Assembly (NCBI GenBank): GCA_040376005.1
Contig: JBEIRK010000001.1
Coordinates: 12,150 to 76,149, forward strand
Reading direction: 5' to 3'
Length of the DNA: 64,000 nucleotides
From: Flavobacteriales bacterium
GTDB lineage: Bacteria > Bacteroidota > Bacteroidia > NS11-12g > UBA955
Position numbers and translations under genes: made by a program. Each line of letters starts with the position of its first letter. Position 1 is the first letter of the stretch. The notes under the pieces are model-generated. The model was not told where the DNA came from. It did no database searches and saw only the letters and a list, made by a program, of their open reading frames with translations. Positions 9,487 through 17,910 of this stretch are shown here, piece after piece.

Positions 9487-11196
9487 ATGCCAGCAATTTC
9501 TTTCAGAACTACTTTCTTCCACTTTCTGAGTATTTTTGCTGTTGTTGTTCTTGCTCCTACTGCTTTATTTGGTCAGAACAATCCCAATTGGCCTGACCTG
9601 AGCTATACCCCACAATCTTTTTTACACCCCGAATTAAACAACTTTCAGTTTTATCAGCGGGATGCATTATCCAGTTTGTTTCAAAAGCTTGCCAATTCTG
9701 AAAATAAAAAAGTAACGCTATTGCACCTTGGTGACGCTGCCGCTATGGCGGACCTATCTACACGAGAGGTTCGCGATTTTTTGCAGGGCACCTTTGGAAA
9801 TGGGGGACGGGGAATGGTTTTTCCATACGCTGTGGCTCGATGTCTTGGCCCTAGCGACTATTCAAGCAGCGCAACCGGCAAATGGATGTATGCAAAAAAC
9901 ATTGAACCCGCGCCCGAGTTTGGTGTTGGTGTTCATGCCGTAAGTATCAAAACACTTGACAGCATTGCATCCATAACCATGACCTTCCAGCAAACAGCAG
10001 GGAATCGCTTGCGCATTTTCTTGAAAAAAGCTTCAGAGAGCTTTGACTTTACCGTGACTGCAGGCGCAGAAGTGCAGCTGGTAACCGTGACCAAACAAGT
10101 TTCTGATAATGGATATGTCGATCTTACCTTTAAAAATAGCATAACCAAGTTCCATATTCAAGTAAAAAAGACCCAGGCCACGCAGAAGCATTTGCTGTTT
10201 TATGGCTTTTCATTAGAAAATACAGCAAATCAGGGCGTTGTATATCATTGTTCTGGAATGAATGGCACGAGCTTCATGAATTATGTGAACTCCAGCGAAT
10301 TTGCCGCGCAGGTAAAGGCAATACAACCCGATGCCGTAATTCTAGACCTAGGCTTTCATGAATTCTGGAAAACAGGATTAAGGCAGCAAGAATATTATGA
10401 GCACATGAAAAAGATGGCTGAGGTATTGCGCGCGAATTGTCCGGGTGTAAGCATCATCTTTAGCAATGCACAAGATATTATTCGGGGAGGCTATCCCCTT
10501 CCTGATGGGAGCACCGCTTCTGACCTAACCGCCCAATTCTGCAAAACCAACTTAGCCTCATTTTACGATTGGTATTGGATTGCAGGTGGTAAGAACAGCA
10601 TGAGGCAATGGAACAGCAGTAATTTGGCTGCATCAGACCTCATGCACCTCAATGCGCAAGGATATTTGCTCAAAGGGCAGCTTATGGCTGAGGCTTGGTT
10701 TAAAACATACGACTGGTTTATTATGAATGACACCCAGGTAAAGTGGGTTCACAATATTGACACCTTGCTCATTGAAGCCGCGGCGGCAGATACGGCGAAG
10801 AAGGATACGTCAACCGGCAATGGATGGATTTACCATACCGTAAAATCGGGTCAATCCTTGTGGTCCATTGCAAGCACATATCAAGTAACAGGGGCTCAAA
10901 TTCGCGAGTGGAATAAAATGAAAGGGAATTATATTTTCACCGGTCAGGTGTTAAAAATATACACACGATTGAATATTCCTGCTGTGGCAACTGCCACAAC
11001 TCCGACTGACAATAGTCCAAAACCCATCAAACCTGTAAAACCGAAAGGCCCAGCGCCTTTGTATCACAAAGTGAAATCAGGTGAAACCCTTTATGGCATT
11101 GCACAGAAGCACAAAACTACTGTAGCCAATATTAAAAGGCTCAACAACATGCGCGGCACGACCATTAAAAAAGGCCAAGTGCTGCGGGTGAAGTAA
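9487..11196 (+). CDS. Secreted protein with a tentative SGNH/GDSL-like hydrolase domain and two C-terminal LysM peptidoglycan-binding domains, 569 aa
   Basis: Signal peptide and two LysM repeats (YHTVKSGQSLWSIAS...GQVLKIY and YHKVKSGETLYGIAQ...GQVLRV). The N-terminal domain (LGDAAAM...GMNGTSF) is only loosely SGNH-like. Confidence 0.55.
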   Translation: MPAISFRTTFFHFLSIFAVVVLAPTALFGQNNPNWPDLSYTPQSFLHPELNNFQFYQRDALSSLFQKLANSENKKVTLLHLGDAAAMADLSTREVRDFLQGTFGNGGRGMVFPYAVARCLGPSDYSSSATGKWMYAKNIEPAPEFGVGVHAVSIKTLDSIASITMTFQQTAGNRLRIFLKKASESFDFTVTAGAEVQLVTVTKQVSDNGYVDLTFKNSITKFHIQVKKTQATQKHLLFYGFSLENTANQGVVYHCSGMNGTSFMNYVNSSEFAAQVKAIQPDAVILDLGFHEFWKTGLRQQEYYEHMKKMAEVLRANCPGVSIIFSNAQDIIRGGYPLPDGSTASDLTAQFCKTNLASFYDWYWIAGGKNSMRQWNSSNLAASDLMHLNAQGYLLKGQLMAEAWFKTYDWFIMNDTQVKWVHNIDTLLIEAAAADTAKKDTSTGNGWIYHTVKSGQSLWSIASTYQVTGAQIREWNKMKGNYIFTGQVLKIYTRLNIPAVATATTPTDNSPKPIKPVKPKGPAPLYHKVKSGETLYGIAQKHKTTVANIKRLNNMRGTTIKKGQVLRVK

Positions 11197-11231
11197 AAGG
11201 GTTATTGGGAGCAAGTCTGCCTTCGCAGCAT

Positions 11232-11996
11232 CTAATTGCTTTTGCCTGAAAGTTTATAAGCCGCTACTCCCACCCATTCTTTGGCCAGGGCATCAAATTT
11301 CCGCAGTGCTTCTGAAGACGGTATAAACCAATCTGAGAGAATATAATGCCGGGCGGGATTGGAGAAAAATTGCACCGGTTTAGGAACCACAGCTATCCCA
11401 GCTTTGGAGAAGGTAGCTTTCGCCCTTGGCATATGGCTGGCAGTAGTAATCAGATACACAGGACCCATAGAATGTGCCGATTTAAGGATTTTAGCCGTTT
11501 CTACGGCATTTTCATAGGTGTTTATTGAAATGGTATCAATTAATATTTTCGAGCTGTCTATACCCATTCCAATGAGATATCTTCGGGCATAAATACTTTC
11601 AGGACGTATTTTACCCGTTATCGAGGCGGCACCACCACTTACAATTATGGTATCAATCGTGTGGTTTTTGAACAATTCAATGGCCTTGTACAATCGGGCA
11701 GCTGCTTCTGTGAGTACCACTTCATGGCGGTATTCATCATAATCTGAGAACCCCCCTAGGACGACTGCGACGCGCGGGTTTGCTGCGGTTTTACCCAAAT
11801 GGCTGGGCTCCCATAGTATGGCCAATTCATTTACAAGCACCTTATTCGAGCTCAGAAACACCAGGGCTAAAGCGATGGCTACGAGCAAGGTTTTTCTTTT
11901 GGGCTTTTTGGCAACAAACGACCAAAGTAAGAGCACAAGCATCCAAAACAAGGGTCGCAGCAGGGTGGTAAGTATTTTGGAAATAATGAAAAACAC
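11232..11996 (-). CDS. YdcF/ElyC-like DUF218 membrane-anchored protein, 254 aa
   Basis: N-terminal TM segment followed by VAVVLGGFSDYDEYRHEVVLTEAAARLYKA...IIVSGG, a DUF218-type core. Confidence 0.55.
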   Translation of the reverse strand: MFFIISKILTTLLRPLFWMLVLLLWSFVAKKPKRKTLLVAIALALVFLSSNKVLVNELAILWEPSHLGKTAANPRVAVVLGGFSDYDEYRHEVVLTEAAARLYKAIELFKNHTIDTIIVSGGAASITGKIRPESIYARRYLIGMGIDSSKILIDTISINTYENAVETAKILKSAHSMGPVYLITTASHMPRAKATFSKAGIAVVPKPVQFFSNPARHYILSDWFIPSSEALRKFDALAKEWVGVAAYKLSGKSN

Positions 11997-12075
11997 GAAG
12001 CAAAGGTAAAAACAAATCTGAATGACTGTGTTGGGTTGGCAATGGTGGCATTAGCCGCTGATAGAAAAAGGCCAC

Positions 12076-12109
12076 AAAAAAAGCGGCAGAAGCCGCTTGA
12101 TTGTTTTTT
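12076..12109. terminator. Bidirectional hairpin (aagcggcagaagccgctt flanked by A-run and T-run); terminates tRNA-Lys on the minus strand
   Basis: Stem-loop flanked by aaaaaaa on one side and ttttttt on the other. Confidence 0.5.
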
Positions 12110-12110
12110 G

Positions 12111-12183
12111 TGATCCCGCTGGGACTCGAACCCAGGACCCATACATTAAAAGTGTATTGCTCTACCAACTGAGCTACAGAATC
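12111..12183 (-). tRNA. tRNA-Lys (anticodon TTT)
   Basis: The reverse complement gives gattctg-ta-gctcagttggtagagc-a-ataca-cTTTTaa-tgtat-gggtc-ctgggttcgagtcccag-cgggatc-a. Anticodon loop is cTTTTaa. The acceptor stem has two G-U pairs. CCA is not encoded. Confidence 0.85.
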
Positions 12184-12241
12184 GTTCCTTTTTAAAGGAC
12201 TGCAAAGGTAAGATTATTAATTCCCTTTGTCAACCCTTTGA

Positions 12242-13345
12242 CTAAAAATATTTTCGAAATGTGTAATGTATTTTGGTTGTATGGGCACCCAATGAGACCA
12301 ACATGCTCAGCATTTTAGGATTGAAATCCCCTATCCAGGCTAATTCTGCGACTTTAATCTGCGGTGTATTTTTGTAGCCTTCATAACATTTCATTATCAA
12401 CCCTGTTTCAATACCTAAGTTTTGAAAGTTGGGTACAACCCCAAAAATAATGCCCCGAACTTTATCAATATTGCCTCGGCGCAGTATGAATTGCAACTTA
12501 TTCCACCAGCTCATTTTGCCCTTAAAACTTCTGAACAACTGATTGACCTCAAGCATGCTGATGTAGAAACCGATAGGTCTTTCACCGGCATAGGCGAAAA
12601 CGGCAAACTGCTTCATCAAAACTGGTTTTAGCTGTTTTAACCGCGTCATAACCATATCTTGGCTCAAGGGTTTAAAATCTTCATGATGGGCCCATGCTTC
12701 GTTATAAATAGTAGCAAAATCGCGGGCAAACTTTTCTTTTTGAGCCCAATCAATAGTTACAAATGTATACTTACCGCTTTGCATCACACGGTCAGATAGC
12801 TTCGTGAAGCGTTCAAAATTGAACTGATCTTCGGTGATTTCAGAAGTAGATTGTTCAATTTCTTTTTCAAAGCCATAGGCTTCAAAGAAGGCCCTGTAAT
12901 AGCTGGGATTGTAATTTTCTCTATAGGATGGATAGGTATGATTCTCTACCAACAGTCCCCAGAAAGTATCTCTATCTCCAAAATTAACAGGCCCATCCAT
13001 ATAGGTACATTCTTGCCCAATCAGCCATGTTTTACAGGCATCAAAAAGGGCAAAGGCAGCTTCTTTGTCATCGATACACTCAAAATACCCCATACCGCCC
13101 ATCTTACCTTCCTTTTTAATGCGGTAAAATGCAGCTACCCGTCCGATAGCAATGCCATCTTTTTTCAAAAGAAAACGCACTGCATCGCCATCTTTAAATG
13201 CAGGATTGGCAGTCCTATCAAATACATGCTCCACATCTGATAGCATCGGTTTTACATAAAGCGGGTCCTTGAGATACATGATATCCTGAACCGCATGAAA
13301 TTCAGCAATTTCCTGAGCACTGGATACTTGGACAAGTTGAAACAT
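12242..13345 (-). CDS. Hypothetical protein, possibly a GNAT/FemAB-like acyltransferase fold, 367 aa
   Basis: Size and composition only; no catalytic motif confirmed. Confidence 0.3.
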   Translation of the reverse strand: MFQLVQVSSAQEIAEFHAVQDIMYLKDPLYVKPMLSDVEHVFDRTANPAFKDGDAVRFLLKKDGIAIGRVAAFYRIKKEGKMGGMGYFECIDDKEAAFALFDACKTWLIGQECTYMDGPVNFGDRDTFWGLLVENHTYPSYRENYNPSYYRAFFEAYGFEKEIEQSTSEITEDQFNFERFTKLSDRVMQSGKYTFVTIDWAQKEKFARDFATIYNEAWAHHEDFKPLSQDMVMTRLKQLKPVLMKQFAVFAYAGERPIGFYISMLEVNQLFRSFKGKMSWWNKLQFILRRGNIDKVRGIIFGVVPNFQNLGIETGLIMKCYEGYKNTPQIKVAELAWIGDFNPKMLSMLVSLGAHTTKIHYTFRKYF

Positions 13346-13374
13346 GGGGCAAAAATAAGCAAAGCAATCAGAAT

Positions 13375-14511
13375 CTATGGGTTAGGATTCAGGGATATCT
13401 TTTCATCCCCTTCTTTCCAAGCCGTATAGGTTATGATGAATTGGAACATTTCGTCGGTAGCCCGCATGCTGGCTCCTCCGAATTCCAGTCTCTCTCCCAC
13501 CCACTGCGGCGGATCGAATGGGTTGTTGGGATTCGCGCGGGTGTTGTCAAAAGTTGCGATAGCCACAATTTCACTGCCCCTGGGCACAGGCACCATATGG
13601 GTAAAGGTGTAAAAGTATTGCCAGCGAAAATCCCACTTGGGAATGCTGATCAGCGGAATTGTATCTCCATTGGGTTTAATGGCGTAGGCCAAGAAACGGG
13701 TACCTAACATGTGCAAATGCGGGTTTATGGTGAGAATGGAGATATTCTCACCGACCATGAAGCGCGTGCTATGCTCTGTTTTCTTTCCCGGAGGAATAGA
13801 AAGTGGCGGAACAATGGGACTCACCCCATTGGTACCTAGCATAATTTCGCTGGTGGGGCGCTGCGGTGCTTTGTCCGTGAAAAAGAGATTAATCACACTC
13901 TTATCCATCACTTTTCTATCAGAAGGACCATAATGCATGTCGTTGCCGATGAATGCAAACTTGCGGCTCAAACGCACCGTGCCGATACCCGCAGGATATG
14001 CAGTGCCTAACACTCCGGGCAAATAGTTTACAGCACTGTGGATACGAAATGGCTTGGAGCCATCGTCATTTAAGAGATTCAATTTCAAGAAATCCTGGTC
14101 ATACTCCCCTTGTGTTATTTCTACTTTCAAAGGACTTTCCATCAAATTGGATTTCAAGTCGAAGGGATAGAGTAGCAAATGGCCATTAAAATGGTGCACC
14201 AAATCGGGGACCCCGGCCACAAACTCTGCGGCTTGCAGGAAGGTGTCGTGCGGCAACAGGCCTGGAATTTTAAAAATAAAAAAGCGGTCTTTCCCATTGG
14301 GCATGAGCAGCACAGAGTCTAAATGCAGCACCATATCTGGTTTGCCAATATTGCTTCTCCACTGCGGCAACTCCAACTTGGGGAGCTTGTCTATAGGTCC
14401 TTCAGGGGCGCCTTGTTTTTGCCAGTCGGCAATCATTTGAATCTCAGCATCACTCAGGTATTTTTCACCTATAAAATGTGAATAGTTTGGGTCGGCAGGC
14501 CAGGGAGGCAT
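13375..14511 (-). CDS. PHM/DBH-like copper type II monooxygenase-like domain protein, 378 aa as called; probably the C-terminal part of a cytochrome c fusion
   Basis: Putative Cu-ligand signatures: VHHFNGH (HH at residues 106-107), NPHLHMLG (HxHxLG) and DEMFQFIITY (EMxxxxIxY). The ORF has no signal peptide of its own and begins 8 nt after the cytochrome c ORF stop, in the +1 frame. Confidence 0.45.
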   Translation of the reverse strand: MPPWPADPNYSHFIGEKYLSDAEIQMIADWQKQGAPEGPIDKLPKLELPQWRSNIGKPDMVLHLDSVLLMPNGKDRFFIFKIPGLLPHDTFLQAAEFVAGVPDLVHHFNGHLLLYPFDLKSNLMESPLKVEITQGEYDQDFLKLNLLNDDGSKPFRIHSAVNYLPGVLGTAYPAGIGTVRLSRKFAFIGNDMHYGPSDRKVMDKSVINLFFTDKAPQRPTSEIMLGTNGVSPIVPPLSIPPGKKTEHSTRFMVGENISILTINPHLHMLGTRFLAYAIKPNGDTIPLISIPKWDFRWQYFYTFTHMVPVPRGSEIVAIATFDNTRANPNNPFDPPQWVGERLEFGGASMRATDEMFQFIITYTAWKEGDEKISLNPNP

Positions 14512-14518
14512 ACTTCTG

Positions 14519-14752
14519 TTACCCGTAACCCGAACAATGGTTTTGAGCTTTTTTTTTAACCTCTAAATAGCTCGTAAGCGGAAATGGGGCTGCGCCACTT
14601 TCTCTATGGCAAGGGGAACAATTCTTAAACACCAATGGTGCTATATTTTCTGTGAAGGTATATTGTTTCCCAAAGAAACTGCAGGATACTGCCAGAGACA
14701 ACGCCGCGATAAGAAAGAAAATCGTCCTTAATTTCATGGTTCTATAAAGCAA
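14519..14752 (-). CDS. Signal peptide plus c-type cytochrome domain (CSPCH heme-binding site; PSCyt-like IAPLVFKNCSPCH), 77 aa as called; likely the N-terminus of a frameshifted fusion
   Basis: MKLRTIFFLIAALSLAVSC signal peptide, then the CXXCH motif. The ORF ends just after an A9 homopolymer (coding strand) at + coordinates 14549-14557. Confidence 0.5.
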   Translation of the reverse strand: MLYRTMKLRTIFFLIAALSLAVSCSFFGKQYTFTENIAPLVFKNCSPCHRESGAAPFPLTSYLEVKKKAQNHCSGYG

Positions 14753-15285
14753 CCGTATGCTTCTGTTTTGCGCGTATAATCTACTTTGTTCTGGAAGATC
14801 GCATCCAAGGCATTCTGCAGATAGAAGATGCTGGGCTTATTGCGGTGTTTGCCCGTTTCAAAGGCATAATTATCCCAAGCGCCTTCGTACAATTTCTCAG
14901 AATTGGCATTCACTACACAAACATAAGGGGTTACAGTCACATCAAAAAGCCGTGCCATGCTGCCATCATCAAAGTATTCCTTGCTGCTAAACGGATTGCG
15001 CGAATTCCCAGGCTTTGCTTGAATCACACTTACCAATTTCCAATTCGGTTTTTCTTGCAGTAAAGCATCTATACGGGCAATTTCAGGTCTGTAGTATTTA
15101 CACAAGGGACAATCATCGGAGAGAAACACAAAAACTGCAACTTTTGTACTTGTTTCCAAGCCCAATTTTGGATGGTAAATAAGACTCGGCTTGGTATTGC
15201 TACACGCGCTGAGTGTCGCCAATAGCAGCAATGTCGCAATTGCGAAAAAGAGAGCCGTTTTAATGCGATTACTGAACACTTTCAA
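14734..15285 (-). CDS. Thioredoxin-fold lipoprotein (CPLC active-site-like motif), 183 aa
   Basis: Lipobox LSAC, then VAVFVFLSDDCPLCKYY, which is TlpA/ResA/thioredoxin-like. Its ends overlap both neighbouring genes in the operon. Confidence 0.5.
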   Translation of the reverse strand: MKVFSNRIKTALFFAIATLLLLATLSACSNTKPSLIYHPKLGLETSTKVAVFVFLSDDCPLCKYYRPEIARIDALLQEKPNWKLVSVIQAKPGNSRNPFSSKEYFDDGSMARLFDVTVTPYVCVVNANSEKLYEGAWDNYAFETGKHRNKPSIFYLQNALDAIFQNKVDYTRKTEAYGCFIEP

Positions 15286-17404
15286 ATGCTTTTACAAAGC
15301 GCACACCCAAGTTTTGGTAAGGCGGAATGTAATCATACCACTTGTCATTATTCTTCAACTTCTTATCTAAGGCTGCCCAAAGGGTAACCCAGTTTACCTC
15401 ACCTGTTCCGTCGCGCATCATCTCACACATATCTTTCAAGAGCACATCATTTACCGTCCAAGTACCTACCTGTTTGCTACTCACGATTTGCGCATCAGAA
15501 GCATTGTCCAGCACGCGTGCAATATTCAAGTAGCCCCCACAGCTGCCTAAAATGGCGATTTTCACATTATTGGTAAGCAAATCCACCGTTCCTGTAAGGT
15601 GGTAACTATGCCCACGATGCACCACAATATCCGGATAGCGTTTTTCGATTTCAAACAGTTTGCGCAGTACCTCGAGACCCATTTCTGATTGGGGCTTGTT
15701 GCAATACAATACAATTTTCTTGCCTTTGGTAGACTCGATGCGCGTGTAATGCGCCAATTCAGTCACTTTCCATCCTACAGCAGTTTTGAACTGTTGTACA
15801 AACCTCACATAGGCTGCTTCTCCATCTTCGTCATCATAGAACACATGCTGTTGCACGTTTTTATTATCGGGAAACAATAACCCTGCTTCTACTTTATCCA
15901 ACAGAGGAATATCAAAATTGATGCTTTTACCGGTAATGATTTCAGGCATACCTCCTGCCAATTTGAAGAGCAATCCATACAACCTCGCGCCGTATGTATT
16001 TCCGTTGGCATAACAGCGGTACAATTCAAACTTCAGCCGATCACTCATTTTTTCGCGCAGGGTACTGTCCGTAATTGAACCGAAAATATCTGCTACTTCC
16101 ACAGCGGGTTCAAGGTTGCCACCCGTGGTTTCGAGGCCTTTTACAATCTCATCAATAAGCAAATCCTTCTCCCCTGCTGTCATGGTGTTCAACACCTTTT
16201 GCATGGTATTGTATCCTGCGCACATTTGAACAAATGTTCTAAATTTATTCCAGCCTTGTTTTTGAAAAAACACGTACATAGAACTATCTGTTCTGCGTTG
16301 CATAAAGCGATTAAACAAGCCTAAGAAAGAGGAAGTAAAAATCTCATCGCGGCTATAGACCATAATATTGTAGAGTTCTACGTCGGATAGTTTTGAAGCA
16401 ATTGCAAAACGCACTTCGTCTTTTTCATCGTGCAACAAATTGATTTTTCGAATCACCTCCAAGCTGTGTTGGGTTAACTCTTGATCAACCGAATAAACGC
16501 CCAATATTTCTTTACTGGCTCGCAGCGCGCATAACTTTTTGAACCATGCATTTTTATTCTGCTGCAGAATTTCACTGCTGTCTATAGACATTCCGCGGTT
16601 GTACACCAGTTCTATATTGGTATAGCCAGAGCTCGCCCGACCATATTCTTGGAATATCTCATAGAGTTTTAAAACAACAGGATCCTTGCTCATTTGCAAG
16701 GTATTGTTTACAGGGTGTGAGGTACCAAAAAACTGTTTTACCGCGTTGGGGTCAAAGTGGGCAACAGTTTCAAGGACCGATAAAAACCAGGTTTCCCTAT
16801 TGTAGTCGAGGTATTTGGTAAGCACATCATAGGGTTTTTTACCCGCTGCGAAGGTGAGAACATCGCGGGCATAGCTTCTTTTAACAAAATACGGAATACA
16901 ATCCAGAGCTGTGAGTACATGATTCTTGAGCAGTTCCATGTCTTTTTGTGCGCCTAGGTTCAGGCTGAGCTTCTCGACCATGGAAAGATACTGTTCGAAA
17001 TAGGCCAAGTATCTCACATTGTTCTTATTGATATTTTGCAGGACAATACTGAGTGCTGCGTAAAAAGGTTGTTTTTCTTTTTCGGGAAAGGACGTTGCGG
17101 CTAAATTTTGTTGAATCCTATCTACGGTTTCAAAGAATATTTTCTTGCCGCGTACATTTTGTGCCATGGTATTAAAGAGCACCATGCTGTCCTTTTTGCC
17201 GTCGATAAGGTCAATCCGTTCTTGTTGCGTGTTGCATATCTCCACCATGGTTTCCACGGATTGAGCACGCAGAACTCCCGTGTTTCCTAGGAAAACTGAT
17301 CCAATCGCGATTGCGCATACTGCCACAATACGATGCCGCAAGCCACGGATATGTTGAGTGAGTGTTTGGTTCCAGCCTGAGGTATTTCTATGCATACATC
17401 GCAA
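15269..17404 (-). CDS. Large exported hypothetical protein (up to 711 aa) with a C-terminal caspase-like His...Cys signature
   Basis: The called start is a TTG. A later TTG or GTG gives M-RHRIVAVCAIAIGSVFLGNTGVLRAQS, a typical signal peptide. The C-terminal DIVVHRGHSYH...(24 aa)...KIAILGSCGGY resembles the hydrophobic-strand+H-G and hydrophobic-strand+x-C arrangement of clan CD peptidases (C25/CHAT/caspase-like). Confidence 0.35.
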   Translation of the reverse strand: MRCMHRNTSGWNQTLTQHIRGLRHRIVAVCAIAIGSVFLGNTGVLRAQSVETMVEICNTQQERIDLIDGKKDSMVLFNTMAQNVRGKKIFFETVDRIQQNLAATSFPEKEKQPFYAALSIVLQNINKNNVRYLAYFEQYLSMVEKLSLNLGAQKDMELLKNHVLTALDCIPYFVKRSYARDVLTFAAGKKPYDVLTKYLDYNRETWFLSVLETVAHFDPNAVKQFFGTSHPVNNTLQMSKDPVVLKLYEIFQEYGRASSGYTNIELVYNRGMSIDSSEILQQNKNAWFKKLCALRASKEILGVYSVDQELTQHSLEVIRKINLLHDEKDEVRFAIASKLSDVELYNIMVYSRDEIFTSSFLGLFNRFMQRRTDSSMYVFFQKQGWNKFRTFVQMCAGYNTMQKVLNTMTAGEKDLLIDEIVKGLETTGGNLEPAVEVADIFGSITDSTLREKMSDRLKFELYRCYANGNTYGARLYGLLFKLAGGMPEIITGKSINFDIPLLDKVEAGLLFPDNKNVQQHVFYDDEDGEAAYVRFVQQFKTAVGWKVTELAHYTRIESTKGKKIVLYCNKPQSEMGLEVLRKLFEIEKRYPDIVVHRGHSYHLTGTVDLLTNNVKIAILGSCGGYLNIARVLDNASDAQIVSSKQVGTWTVNDVLLKDMCEMMRDGTGEVNWVTLWAALDKKLKNNDKWYDYIPPYQNLGVRFVKAFESVQ

Positions 17405-17841
17405 ATTTCAAGTACTTCTTCTGATACACCATCAATTTCATTGCCAAACACGAAAGCAAGTTTTCCACCCGGCCAATTTATGTCCTGCAAAGACTGCGAT
17501 TCTCTGGTTTGTTCCACTGCAAAAATCATATACCCTTGGGCTTTCAAAAGTTGCAACACATTTACTGTTTTCGGGGAATAGGTCCATGCAACTGCCTTCT
17601 CGGCACCTATGGCCGTTTTGGTAATATCTCTATGGGGAGGACAGGCGGTAATGCCACATAAATAAATGTGCTGACTGCGAAATGCATCAGAAGTGCGAAA
17701 AACAGAGCCCACATTATGCATACTGCGAACATTATCTAGAACCACAACATAGGGCAACTTCTCTGCCTCATGAAATGCCTCAGTTGACAAGCGGTTGAGT
17801 TCAGACAATTTTAATTTCTTCACGCAGCAAAATAAAACCAT
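17287..17841 (-). CDS. TrmH/SpoU-family RNA 2'-O-methyltransferase, ~184 aa
   Basis: VVLDNVRSMHNVGSVFRTSDAF...VFGNEIDGVSEEVL...IPQAGTKHSLNISVACGIVLW are SpoU methylase motifs. The start was chosen at the ATG (17841) that gives MVLFCCVKKLKLSELNRL. The longer track ORF would run into the + gene at 17911. Confidence 0.7.
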   Translation of the reverse strand: MVLFCCVKKLKLSELNRLSTEAFHEAEKLPYVVVLDNVRSMHNVGSVFRTSDAFRSQHIYLCGITACPPHRDITKTAIGAEKAVAWTYSPKTVNVLQLLKAQGYMIFAVEQTRESQSLQDINWPGGKLAFVFGNEIDGVSEEVLEICDVCIEIPQAGTKHSLNISVACGIVLWQYAQSRLDQFS

Positions 17842-17910
17842 GTTATCGAGAATAAATATAAATATGAAATAAGTCATTGGATAGGAGCAGTTTGTAAATA
17901 ATTTTGAATT

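Noticed and set aside
11780-12168. Small ORFs 11780-11971, 11818-12009, 11842-12168 and 11879-12142 around the tRNA-Lys locus
   Set aside because: They overlap the tRNA-Lys gene and its terminator or lie antisense to the DUF218 gene. No coding signal.
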